A stretch of DNA of 22,061 bases from Ginkgo biloba. Lineage: Eukaryota; Plantae; Ginkgophyta. The notes beneath the pieces were generated by a model. It was not told the origin of the DNA and did no database searches. It was given only the letters and a program-made list of their open reading frames with translations. The stretch lies in contig JANKJI020000004.1 in assembly GCA_024626585.2 (NCBI GenBank), forward strand, positions 177,255,222 to 177,277,282, written 5' to 3'. Within the stretch, counting starts at the first letter, position 1; every line of letters begins with the position of its first letter. Below are positions 1-11,116 of the stretch, piece by piece. The position numbers were made by a program, and so were the translations under genes.

Positions 1-660
1 TAATGTTGGTTGACGTGGATATTCACCATAAGGTAAAGGTATTGATGTGGAAGTTAAGCTAGAGCATTGAAGGATCTAGAGTGTCTTAGTACAACATCAT
101 GCCTTTTTTCACTTTTGTAAAGTGAATTTAATTTTTTCAAATCTCCTTGCTTACATTAATAAGACCTTTCTTTCTTTTTTAGTCTGTGAGCCATTAATCT
201 CCCTTAGTAAGTCTCAATTGACGATTTGTTAGAGGATTTTGCATTTAAAAACCTCCTCTAATTATATTATGGGTTTTGTTTTCTTTTTGTAATTAACTTT
301 AAGCCATTTATCTAATTTAATTAATCTCGATCATTAATTTGTTGGCTTATATTATAATGTCAAATACGTTTGTTAGTTTTATGAGCATTTTGTACTTTTT
401 ATACTTTCACTCCTATAGAACTTTAGGTTTTACTAAAGTTTAGATCAATTGTCCCTTCTATAGAAATACGCTTTCACTAATTCATTATTTGGTTCTAGAA
501 CCTTATTAGATGAAGCTTCCTAATGACTTAATCTTATTTCCTTAGCTTTCTACATTACTCTACACAAAACACCCAAATATGATCTTTTACTTAAACTTGT
601 GTGTGATTTAATCTTAACCATTATTTTGCAATTNNNNNNNNNNNNNNNNNNNNNNNNNNN

Positions 661-1020
661 AGATGTTTTCATAAGGAAAAGCATAAGACTTCAAACTCTC
701 ATAGTGTAAATTGGTTGTACAGTCACTCTAACTATAAATCATAAACCCTAATAGGGGATTTAGCCCTAATACCTGACCAAGGAATCTACCCCTTGAATAT
801 GATTGGTAATTTTAGTCATAGAATGATGCAAGAGCATCCCACGACACCTATAGACCTGTCATCTTTTATCTGAAGAGCACAGGTTGGGGGTGGATGTAGA
901 AGGAGAACCATGGTGACACCTTGTAGTGATCATAGTGAAGAAAGGGATCAATTGCAACACTTAGTCATTTTTGAAGGAATAGACGGGTCGCACTAGGAGT
1001 GGGGATCTGGGAGTACGTCA
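661..1020 (+). mobile_element. Possible 3' (U5) part of an LTR
   Basis: Ends in GTACGTCA (1013-1020) followed by GG-TGGT, the same CGTCA-GG-TGGT junction seen at the clear LTR/PBS at 15577-15587. The PBS match stops after TGGT, so the call is weak. Confidence 0.3.
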
Positions 1021-1149
1021 GGTGGTCCACTCATGGACTATCATAGATTNNNNNNNNNNNNNNNNNNNNNNNNNNNNNNNNNNNNNNNNNNNNNNNNNNN
1101 NNNNNNNNNNNNNNNNNNNNNNNNNNNNNNNNNNNNNNNNNNNNNNNNN

Positions 1150-2229
1150 GGTCAATCTAAATGGCATAAACATCCATTCAAAGATCCCTTGCCTTGTCTT
1201 GAAGGTTGTCTTTCGTGTGTCTTCTTCCTTGAGCATGACTTAATGGTATCTAGAGTTGAGGTATATCTAATTGAAGAATTTATCTCCTTGGAGATGATAA
1301 AGCAAGTCCTCTTTCCTTGGCGAACGATATTGATTCTTCACTCTAATCTTGTTTGAGGATATATAGTCTGCATACATCCTCTAAGTTCCATATTTTTTAC
1401 CTGGATAATGATTATTGAAGATGCATAGGATGAAGTGTTGGGATTTACACTCCCTTAGCAATTATTATAGTTGCATCTTTAATTCTTCATTCTATAAGAT
1501 TGAACTCCTATAAAGTGATAAATTTGGGAGTATTATTCCCTGCTACAACTTAATGTTATATTCAATGGCTCTGTTGAGAGGTATTCCTTGAGGGTCTTGG
1601 AAACTAATCGCATACTTGTGAAGTATGTTGTCAAGCTATCTTTATTACTCTACATTCTGAATAGTTAAATGTATACCTTTCACATTTGTTTCTTAGACCT
1701 ATGAGGGTCTCGAGATTAACAAAATATACCTCTTAGAGGCATTGATGAGCCTCTTGACTTGATTTTCTTTTATTAGATAAATTGGTTCATGATTTTCTCT
1801 TCCTTTTCATTTCATAGGCTCAGTATTCCGTACTGAGTTGGTACTTGTTAGGCCTCCTCTTGAATTCAACATCTCTATCCCATAGATAAGGACTACCAAA
1901 GATGACTTCACATACATTTAATGGAACTACATCACACTTTTCCACATCAATGAAATCCTCAAAGATGTTGAGATTAATTTGTATCTATTGTTGATGGTGT
2001 GTTTTACATCTTTATTCAACTATTCTATATAGATGTTTAGCAATAGGCAAATTGAGTTTCTTTACTATGGTTTCTAAAATGAAATTCCTTCAGCTACTTG
2101 GATAAAAGATAATTTTTTTTTTTTATTTCTTAATCTAAATTTGATAACGAAGATTTGTTCCATTTTGGACTTATTTCTTTATTCATGTGCCATTAATGTC
2201 AATTGCTTTATGACAACTTCAAGAGATTC
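1150..2229 (-). mobile_element. Degenerate Ty3/gypsy pol remnant (aspartic protease to N-terminal half of reverse transcriptase)
   Basis: Manual minus-strand translation gives protease-like 'EDFIDVEKCDVVPLNVCEVIFGSPYLWDRD' (~1870-1960) and 'DFQDPQGIPLNRAIEYNIKL'. It then gives RT 'RMYADYISSNKIRVKNQYRSPRKEDLLYHLQGDKFFN*IYLNSRYH*VMLKEEDTRKTTFKTRQGIFEWMFMPFRLT' (1150-1380). This matches the gypsy consensus RMCxDYRxLNK...DLxSGYHQ...KTAFKT...EWLVMPFGLTN. Multiple stops and frameshifts. Confidence 0.9.
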
Positions 2230-2339
2230 NNNNNNNNNNNNNNNNNNNNNNNNNNNNNNNNNNNNNNNNNNNNNNNNNNNNNNNNNNNNNNNNNNNNNNN
2301 NNNNNNNNNNNNNNNNNNNNNNNNNNNNNTAGAGAATAT

Positions 2340-3210
2340 TTATCTAATAATGATATTACCAAAATAATGTTCCCCTATTCTCTCATAGGGGAAGCTCTAA
2401 AATGGCTCCATAGAGTACCTCCCAATTCCATTTTAACTTTTTAAGAAACGGTTTACCTATTTATTCAACACTTTGATGAAGCCAAACCTTTTGATCTAGG
2501 GCTCCAACCCCTAATTTCCATCAAGCAGGCTAGTGATGAAGCCAACTTTAAATTTGTTTGTAGATTCCAATCTTTAGTCCATATATGCAAAACTCCTTTT
2601 TTGGTCGTCATTTATATGACTTATTTATAAATGCCCTCACACCTCAGGTTTATTTTGATATACTAAAGGTGGTTCCTACCTCTTATGAGGACACCATTAA
2701 GAAATGCTTGACCATTAAGGCCTACAAAGTGCAAGTTGGCGTAAAAATGTTTAAATATTCCCATTTATCCACTTCCTTGAAGAATAAGCATGCCACTAGT
2801 GATGGAGTTACTATATCCATTCCTACTCATCATAGTGATGATTTGTTAGATACCATCACTTCCTCCCTCTAGAAAATTTAGTGTACTCTTGTCAATTCCT
2901 CTAAGTCCTCTCCCTCACACAAGTCATATAGAAATAAATTTGAAGGTCATAAGAAGGAAACTAAAATAATCCATATGGTGGAGAAGGACACAAAGGCCTC
3001 ACCTAAGGGTTATCCTCCACCCAAGACCAATAGGTTTTATTTCAATCGTACCAAATGGTTTAATTATCATAAGTTCCATATGCATGATTGAGATAATGTA
3101 TTTGCACTCTATAAGTTATGGAGACTCTTCTCTAATTTAGAGCATCTTAGATCTAAACCTAACAAAGAGTAATGGATTTAGTAAGAATCCTTTCTTTGAC
3201 CACAACACTC
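2340..3210 (+). mobile_element. Degenerate retrotransposon gag (Retrotrans_gag-like, non-chromovirus gypsy, Tat/Ogre-like)
   Basis: 'DITKIMFPYSLIGEALKWLHRVPPNSILTF*ETVYLFIQHF' (~2350-2475) resembles the gag motif FPxSLxGxAxxW...P.NSI. It continues through ORF 2585-2872. 'FNRTKWFNYHKFHMHD*DNVFAL' (~3040-3110) resembles a decayed CxxHxxxxHxxxxC knuckle, followed by NPFFDH (NPLPxH-like). Confidence 0.7.
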
Positions 3211-3949
3211 AAACTAAGGGAATGAAATATAAACCACATAATAATAATAATAATTAGAAGGAGATGAATTATTCCACTCCATCCATTACCTCTTCCTCTT
3301 TGATAGAAAAAGGAAAAACTTATAAAACTAAGAAGTTTGTGGTATTACAAATAGGTCACTAATAACTCAAAATTCCCACCTAACTTTGAAACTATACCAT
3401 CTATTTCTAAATAATTTAAGGATCCTAAGGGTAAGTCCAAGGTTATTATTCTTATTTATTCATTTCTCATAAAATCTAAGGAATGAGTTTCATGACCTAA
3501 GCTCAATCTCATAAGTATGCATCCCATGCCTTTGGCCTTTCTCCATTTGTGACTTCTCCTAAAGGACCTTCTCCTATTTTGGTGTCTTCTATAGGAATAC
3601 CTATGCATAACAAACCAATTTATGATAACTTTATAAGATATATCCCTTAAATAATCAAAGGTAGGTCATATTATATTATCAAATANNNNNNNNNNNNNNN
3701 NNNNNNNNNNNNNNNNNNNNNNNNNNNNNNNNNNNNNNNNNNNNNNNNNNNNNNNNNNNNNNNNNNNNNNNNNNNNNNNNNNNNNTATATTCCTTTATAT
3801 ACAGATAAATTAACATATATACCACTCAAAGTAATTTAGTCCAAATAATCTTATATATTATATTATAGTTAATCCCTATGGGGTACTTTCTATCATAGTT
3901 AATCACCATTTTATGTATATTTATAATCGACCAAAATATTTTAGTATCA

Positions 3950-4620
3950 AGTGAAAGCTTATGAGAATATAGAATCCAAACCTATATAACCAATTTGTAC
4001 TATAAAAATAAATGATATATGGATTCATTATCTTTATTATAAAGCATTCGTATGGATGAGCCATACTTTCCTCTCTTAATTAGGTCACCCTATTTTATAG
4101 TCTACCATGAAATAACAATGAAAATAAAAATGTCACTTTAGGAAGAAGTGATGGAAGCCATATTATTCTCCATATCCCATTGTTTTTATGGGCCTTAATA
4201 ATACATTCATGCATAACATTTGCTTCCCATTTTACTTTATAGTCTCCTATATTGCTATCGCTCCTCTGGATCAATTTGTCACCTAACTCGCTAAATCAAA
4301 TATAAGTGACTTATAACTCCTTGATCAAATCATCATAGCAATTTTTCCAAATTTTGGTTTAAGAAAGTCCATTCACTAGCTTCCTTCTATGATATCTCAT
4401 TAATTTCAACCACCTTTATAATTCTTACAAAATCTACGAGCTTAGTGACATGATTTATAACAAAGGCATCTTTCAATTCAATATATTTGGGAACATGTGC
4501 CTTCCTCCATAAATGATCCCATAAACGGACTCTGTCTCCCCTTCCTACCACCCATATCATATCATCCTTATATATCATTACTAATCACATTAAAATATTC
4601 ATGTGGCAATTTTTTGCCAC
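3950..4620 (-). mobile_element. Degenerate L1-type LINE ORF2 C-terminal region (post-RT segment and zf-RVT)
   Basis: Minus strand gives 'IWVVGRGDRVRLWDHLW' (W.VG.G..I.FW.D.W motif), 'LPKVTFLFSLLFHGRL*' (~4095-4145) and 'KDNESIYHLFL*YKLVI*VW' (3976-4035; ES..HLF..C.....VW). These occur in the expected order. Confidence 0.75.
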
Positions 4621-4693
4621 AAGTAAAGGATTAGTATAATAGTAAAAAATAATTATATAGGATTCGTTTTTGGTCTTTCATTAATTATGAAAT

Positions 4694-4726
4694 ACACACA
4701 CACACATGCCCATACATACATACATA
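4694..4726. repeat. Compound microsatellite (AC)6 + (CATA)4
   Basis: Read directly: acacacacacaca tgcc catacatacatacata. Confidence 0.85.
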
Positions 4727-5239
4727 ACACATTTGAAGATAACAAAAACAAATAATCTACGGATAATACACTAACACTTCATTAACTTGTAATTACAATT
4801 TGTACCAATACAATGTCATGTTACAATTGATGTTATGATCTCCTAAGTATTAATTTTTGGATGCCTAGTCTCCTTTTAAAAGAGCAGATAATATGGCCTA
4901 ACTAGGCAATGATTACGAGTTGAACTCCACCATTTTCTAAGCACCAAAATAATTGGTGAACTTTTTGTGGCAAATCCATTCCCTCTAATTGCAACAAATT
5001 GCCAATTTCAACGTTATTGAACTTGGATTCCGTAATCTCTCATTCCATTGTAACATTTACCATCACACCCACATGCACATAACATACGTACCTTAGTCTT
5101 TGTATTTATTTAAATGAAAAATAATTGCAATTCCAGGAAAAATGACAATTGCAACCTGATTTACCGTCAATCGCATTCCGAGTCCCGACCTAGGCCGCCC
5201 AACTCAATGCCAGATAATTGAGTCTTCTTTTGAAACCTT

Positions 5240-5333
5240 TATCATGTGACCGTGTCACTTATATTTAGGCCATCTTTGGAGTCGCAATCGTGTGACTACT
5301 AGCCCGCATGTGATCATTCTCCAGGTCACACGA
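5240..5333 (+). promoter_or_regulatory. Putative proximal promoter of the DnaJ-like zinc-finger gene
   Basis: CpG-retaining sequence with no recognisable TE motifs just upstream of the gene. It has a TATA-like TATATTTA (5260-5267) and four GTGAC/GTCAC half-sites. The TSS cannot be determined from sequence. Confidence 0.35.
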
Positions 5334-5486
5334 AGACAGCCGGTCTGACTAATGTGCGAGCATTTGGATTTTGGCGATGTTTTAAAGAGGAGGCGAAGGT
5401 TACAAAGACACCTATTTGGCTCACAAATATCGCAAACGCGAGTCTCTTCCTCTGAGCATCAGAATTTTGAAGAATTTCACTCACAG

Positions 5487-5663
5487 ATGGCCACACTTGC
5501 AGGATCTCCGACCACTTCAATCTTACGTTCGTCGCCTTTTGTCTTTCGTGGATCTGTCAAGCACATCTCCCATGTTCATAATAATATAAAGGCCTTTGGA
5601 AGAAGCAACAGAAGCAGACTCAGTGCCTCAACGGCCTCAGATAACGGAGCAATTCCAAGACAG
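5487..5663 (+). CDS. Exon 1 of DnaJ-like (DNAJE1-class) cysteine-rich zinc-finger protein; probable chloroplast transit peptide
   Basis: ATGGC start. The 59 codons MATLAGSPTTSILRSSPFVFRGSVKHISHVHNNIKAFGRSNRSRLSASTASDNGAIPRQ are Ser/Thr/Arg-rich with only one acidic residue, typical of a transit peptide. Ends CAG|GT in phase 0 and joins exon 2 in frame. Confidence 0.8.
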
Positions 5664-5767
5664 GTCTTCTTTCTGTCTGTCTCTGCGACACATACACGCA
5701 CGAAATTAAACTAAATTTTGATTAACACTGTTTCTTTTCATGGAATACTGCACTTTAATTGCCTCAG
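5664..5767 (+). other. Intron 1 (104 nt, phase 0, GT-AG)
   Basis: GTCTTC donor, T-rich body, CTAA/TTAA branch-like motifs and CCTCAG acceptor. Removing it fuses two ORFs in frame. Confidence 0.8.
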
Positions 5768-6044
5768 GTTAATGCAAGTTTAAGAGAAGATATCCCAGAA
5801 TGCAATGTGGAGCAATACAAAATGAGTCTTGAATCTCTCTTCTGCTATGATAAGGCTGTTCCCGAAGAGATAATTGAGAAGCCAATTGGGTTGTCTTTGA
5901 GTGAACGGATGATTGGTAACAATCCCAGATGCACCCACTGTCAAGCCAAGGGTGTAGTTCTCTGTGCTACTTGTACTGGTTCGGGGCTCTATGTTGATTC
6001 TATCCTTGAGAGCCAAGGAATTATCGTCAAAGTCAGATGTCTTG
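5768..6044 (+). CDS. Exon 2 of DnaJ/Hsp40 cysteine-rich-domain (DNAJE1-class, J-domain-less) protein; from memory resembles the Arabidopsis At5g17840-type family
   Basis: Encodes 'LESLFCYDKAVPEEIIEKPIGLSLSERMIGNNPRCTHCQAKGVVLCATCTGSGLYVDSILESQGIIVKVRCLG'. It has two CxxCxxxG motifs (CTHCQAKG, CATCTGSG) and the start of a third (CLG|). It ends at a strong donor CTTG|GTAATT (phase 1, GT at 6045). No internal stops. Confidence 0.9.
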
Positions 6045-7853
6045 GTAATTTTCTGTCTTCCTCCCTGCCCCGAGAAGAGTTTTAAGAAAGAAATTATACG
6101 CATTAATTCGTTGGGCATTTTGCCCACTTTAAAGTATAGTAAAATCATTTGCTATATATATTTTCTGTGTGTTTTCTTTGAGTGTTGAATCAAGTATTAT
6201 TGCCTGGTTGTTTCGTATTCAAGTCATTGGTATATCGTAGTTGCGACGGTGAACAAGTTTTTATATGAACTGCTATTATTCTTTAGGGCCACAGTTTGTA
6301 CTAGTGTGAGGAAACAAAAACTCATAGAACATTGGCTAATTAAGTGCAGAACCAGATTAGAGACTTGTTGCACTGCCTTTGACTTCTCATACCTTCTAAA
6401 CTTGATGCCAATATATTGCTGGGCAAGACTATCCACCCATTGGAAGAGACTTCAATGCTCTTGTAATAAGGGAATTGGAAGGGTATGAATTCATGCTCGG
6501 ATGGAAAACAGTAAGGGTAGGGTGTTGCTGATTGTTTAGTCTAAGATTCGTCCTATGTTATGGAGAGCTGACTAAAAACAACAATTACAGAATTTACAAT
6601 GGGGTACCCATTTATGATCACAAGATAGTATTTTGCTTATCTTCTAGAATCCTCCTCCTGATTTTCAGTTCTTGTTTTATGGACTTACTCACTCCCCTAG
6701 TAGATAATATTGAATTATCCAGCTTTTGATTGGATCAAAGGTGCACACCCTTTTCCCACCATCCATTAGTTAGGGTTTCCTTAGGGTTCTTTATTTTAGC
6801 GTGTTGCTACTAGATTAGCAGTTTGCTATTGTTGGAATAGCAAGTCATATAAAACATGTATTAGGGTTTTTATTTTCATAATGGGATGATTATGAATGGA
6901 GAATTTTTAGATGCACAATTGAGTCCATAAATTTCTTTTGCAATTGATTGACTGTCTCTTGAGATCTAAGTGGTACTATGAGAGCATAGTGCTTCCTTAG
7001 TACATGCTTAGATTCCCATGTCCTAGGTTTGTAGATTTGTGATTGAGGTTATGGGCACGTGTGACCAAAAGGATTTTGGAATATTCCAGTTCTGTGTGTC
7101 CAATTGGCCTTCAGGAAAAAGGCACTACGGTGGTAAGGAAAACTTGCGGTGCAGCCTGTAACAAACCCAAGAGTTGGTTTTTTAGCCCGTGTTGACTGAA
7201 TTCTCAGTTGCAAACCAATTCAACACATCCCGAAGGTCTGTCTCAGCATCCAACAGCTATAGGAATTATCCATTCAACAGCAGAGCAGTTTTATGGGTGA
7301 CCCATGGAGGATTTTATCACACTTTCGCAAAGCTTCATCAATTGTTTTTCAACAATTGTCCCTCCAGCATGACACCACAAGCCATTATTCAGAGACCTCT
7401 CAAGGACTGCGTTTCGGAACGCATATACAAAGGAAATACACGATAGATCTCAATTTCTAGATGTAAATGCCATAGTAGCCTATTTTACAGAGGAGGCATG
7501 CTTAAGGATAGATTTTGGATCTAGGTAGTTACAGTCCATTCCCTGGACAAACCCCAACACACTTCCAACATTTAAGGGTAAAACAACAATCTTAAAAGTC
7601 ATAATAGACCGCTTCTGATATATCATTTCTAGATCTGATTTATCATGCATACAGTCATNNNNNNNNNNNNNNNNNNNNNNNNNNNNNNNNNNNNNNNNNN
7701 NNNNNNNNNNNNNNNNNNNNNNNNNNNNNNNNNNNNNNNNNNNNNNNNNNNNNNNNNNNNNNNNNNNNNNNNNNNNNNNNNNNNNNNNNNNNNNNNNNNN
7801 NNNNNNNNNNNNNNNNNNNNNNNNNNNNNNNNNNNNNNNNNNNNNNNNNNNNN

Positions 7854-8035
7854 CAAGACATCATGTTCATGGAGATTGACTTTGAAAAAGCCTATGACAA
7901 AGTGGAATGGGATTTCGGGATTTCATTCTCATGATGCTTAAGGCCTTGAGCTTTGGCCCTCGCTTTGTGCAAATTGTGCAGGCCCTCTTCACTAATGCTT
8001 TTGCTACCATCTCCTCTAATAGGGTTCTCTCTGCC
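7854..8035 (+). mobile_element. LINE reverse transcriptase fragment (pseudogenised), sense-oriented within intron 2
   Basis: 'QDIMFMEIDFEKAYDKVEWDF / ILMMLKALSFGPRFVQIVQALFTNAFATISSN' contains the DFEKAYD.V.W motif of non-LTR RT. The frame is broken by a tandem GGGATTTC duplication (7909-7924). Confidence 0.9.
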
Positions 8036-8736
8036 CTGGTTTTGAGCAAAACTCAGCCCTGTTTGCATTGCTGATATCATGTTTTGCCTCCATCTGATGA
8101 TATGGGGGGCCACTGTGGCATTCTCCAAAGGCAGCAACCTGGCATTTTCTTCTTTCTATGCTCTCTTCCTGGGTTTTTCCTCGGCTTTGGTCAAATACCC
8201 TCTACCTTGGCATGTAACACCATTCCTCTGTCAGTCTTTTCTCCCTTCCTGTTTCATACCTCAAATGATGTGACCCTATTTTAAACTACGCTATCCCTCC
8301 TTTCCCTCCATGGGACATTTACCATTTCTGATATTGCTGGTTTTTGTGCCCAATTGTTTGGTCAAAATATCACTGTTGTTTTTCTTTATGTTCACCATCT
8401 AAAAGTTCTCTCTAAATCTGGTTAGCAAGTACTCTTTGAGTTCTTTGGATCTTATTCTCGGATTTATAGGTTCATACTTGGAGTGTGAAGGGCAAACCCT
8501 CACACCACCTGTGGATGTATCTTATGTTTTTATTGTATTGTATTTCCCAGCTTCTCAGTTTTAGGGTTCAGTGTCACTGAGAGCACTCCCTTGGACTTAT
8601 ATCACATGTTTATATAACTCAGTCCCATGGACTGCTTTTCGATCACCTATGGACATTAATATATTTCTATTCCTCCCTCTTCCAGTCCCCATCTCTTGGA
8701 CCACTTCATATTCTGCTTCTGGTTTATTTTCCCTTC

Positions 8737-8741
<5 letters not shown>

Positions 8742-8774
<33 letters not shown>

Positions 8775-8789
8775 AAGAGAGAGAGAGAG
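8742..8789. repeat. (AG)n microsatellite, interrupted by AAAG units
   Basis: Read directly. Confidence 0.95.
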
Positions 8790-9991
8790 TTTTAATTAGG
8801 CTTCATTGTAATAATGTTTAATGTAGTCAATGTTAATTTGTACACCATAGAAACTCTTAATGGAGTGTTGTGTTATTCTGACACTCAAACTGAAAACTCC
8901 ATATGCTGGTTAGCGAGCTCACCAAATGTTCAGTGAACCCATCTAACATTTGACATGAATTCCAAAATGTTTCAGAACTCTCTGAATTGTTTTGGTATTC
9001 TAAAAGCTAGAAAGAAATAAGAGAGAAAAATGCATCTTTTACCTAGCTGCTCTTTCAAGCTGACAGTCTACTTTTAATGATTCCTGAGCATTTATTTATT
9101 TTGCTAGCTTGGAGCTGCTTTTAGTAATTTTTGAGTTCTATTTTGCCCTCTTTTGNNNNNNNNNNATTTCTAACTTGTTTTATAATTTTATATGTAAAGA
9201 GATCTCTCTAAAACATTTGAATTCCTGAATGCCAAGCATTTTGTTTCATCTTTTAAAACATTTTACTCTTTACAATTAGGATGACTGAGTTATTGATCAT
9301 ACACAACAAATTGGCACAAGGTCAGCTGCTTAAGGTTATGGCTTGCAGTAGTTAGTTTAACCATTACAGGTCTAACTGTGCTTATGGCCTTAGATTAGAG
9401 GCCTTGTTCAGGTTGGATNNNNNNNNNNNNNNNNNNNNNNNNNNNNNNNNNNNNNNNNNNNNNNTAATTTTACATAATTGGGGTCATTGTTATCAACTTC
9501 CAATTTTGGATTATATCCTTTGTCTCAGAGATCCTACTATGTACTTTAAATAAGCCTGCTGCTTGATTTCAGTTTTCAATGGAGTTGAATCATATGTTGC
9601 CAAACTTTGCGCATGATTATTTTCATATTTGGGGTTTCTATGTTGAGAAAAATGTGTCAAATCCTTTCTGAAATGTCCAGGCTCACTATCTATCATAGCA
9701 TTGATCTAGCATGCAGCAGAGGCATATCTTTTCTCCGCATCTAGTTGGAAGATGTGTATGTATTGAGCTTGTGACAGGAGCTGATCGTTATTTTCTTGTA
9801 GAGGTGAGGTTTGCGGCAACAAGGGTCTTAGGCTAGTGATAGAAGGTAACAATCAATTTTGCCTGTCTCCAATCAATTATGGAAACTGTCCNNNNNNNNN
9901 NNNNNNNNNNNNNNNNNNNNNNNNNNNNNNNNNNNNNNNNNNNNNNNNNNNNNNNNNNNNNNNNNNNNNNNNNNNNNNNNNNNNNNNNNNN

Positions 9992-10930
9992 ACAAGAATT
10001 ATATCAAGTTCCCTAGTATTGTGCTTATAATATCTCGAGAAGCCTTCGTTCCCTAGTAAGGCCTTTTTAGCCTAATTTACATGGTTTTATTAAAACTACT
10101 ATTGCATCGAGTATGAAATCCATATTACGATGGCTAATCACTTCAATATTCCTTTATACACTTCTATAAAATGTGGAATCACATAAAAATTCCTTATATT
10201 ATTCTTGGGATGGGCTTAGGAAGCACTTATTCCCCTTAAAAATCTTAATTTTGGCCTATTTTAAGTGGTTTCCTCAAAATTACCTTCACACAGAGTGTTG
10301 AATTAATATTTTAATGATTCTACACCAAATAATTTACCAATATACTTGTATTGAGGGTGGAATAATATAAAATTCTCTCATATGAGCCCCATGATGGCTA
10401 TAAGAAGGTTAAATTTCCCCAAAATTACCAAATTTAGCCTATTTTTGGTGGTGTTTTCAAAATTACAATTGCACCAATAATGGAATAGATAATGCAATGG
10501 TTTTACAATAAATAATTATTTAATACAGTCCTATCAAGGGTGGAATCAAATGAAACCTTCCTATTATGCATAGGGTGGCCTTAGAAAGTTCTAGTTCTCT
10601 AATAGGATAATTTTAGAATTTTTTAGGTGGCTTTTTCAAAATGACCTTTACATTGAGTATCAAATTGATATTATAATAGTTTACTACTAAATTACTTGCT
10701 AATTCACTCTTCTAAAGGGTGGAATTATGTAAAACTCCCTCATATGAGTCTTGGGATAGGCTCAACAAGTTTTAATTCCTGTAAAATTACCAAGTTTGAC
10801 CTATTTTTTATGAGAGCCTAGATGAGCTCAAGAAGTGTGAATTCCCCCAAATTTTTATTTTTGGCCTATTTTTAGTGGTTTTATCAAAATTATGATTACA
10901 TTAGTAATGAAATAAAATATGCAATGGTTC
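9992..10930. repeat. Degenerate tandem repeat, ~179-184 bp unit, about 5 copies
   Basis: The anchor GTGGAAT recurs at 10173, 10357, 10540 and 10719 (spacings 184, 183, 179). The block TT(A/G)GCCTATTTT..GTGG....TCAAAATTAC recurs at a similar period. Confidence 0.85.
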
Positions 10931-11116
10931 TCTAGAAGTGTCCAAGCCATTTTGACAGCGTAAATGATGGCGGATCATCTTAGCAAAGATTGCTACAGAA
11001 TAAAGATCTTTGGTTTTTTCAAAATGAACAATGTTCAGAGGATAGGCACATTGTATCTCTTATTGTGATTCAAACAAGTCTCTAGCAAATTTTTGTAAGC
11101 ATTTGGTGTGCATCGA

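Noticed and set aside
1-633. LTR-like AT-rich segment
   Set aside because: No terminus, PBS, PPT or partner copy is visible, so it cannot be supported.
6045-6085. ORF-track C-terminus 'GNFLSSSLPREEF*' as the true protein end
   Set aside because: It follows a consensus G|GTAATT donor and breaks the CxxC motif, so it is intron read-through.
5780-6148. 122-aa antisense ORF, plus ORFs 5326-5520 (-) and 5964-6188 (+)
   Set aside because: Shadow frames of the real exons with no recognisable motif.
7189-7658. 85-aa ORF and neighbouring frames as a gene or gag fragment in intron 2
   Set aside because: No motif I can name, and the start is not ATG. It may be TE-derived but cannot be supported without a search.
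9790-9840. TTTTCTTGTAG acceptor followed by TGC GGC AAC AAG GGT (CGNKG) as the last exon
   Set aside because: No AG sits at the position needed to give G-C directly after the phase-1 junction, and no fourth CxxC motif follows.
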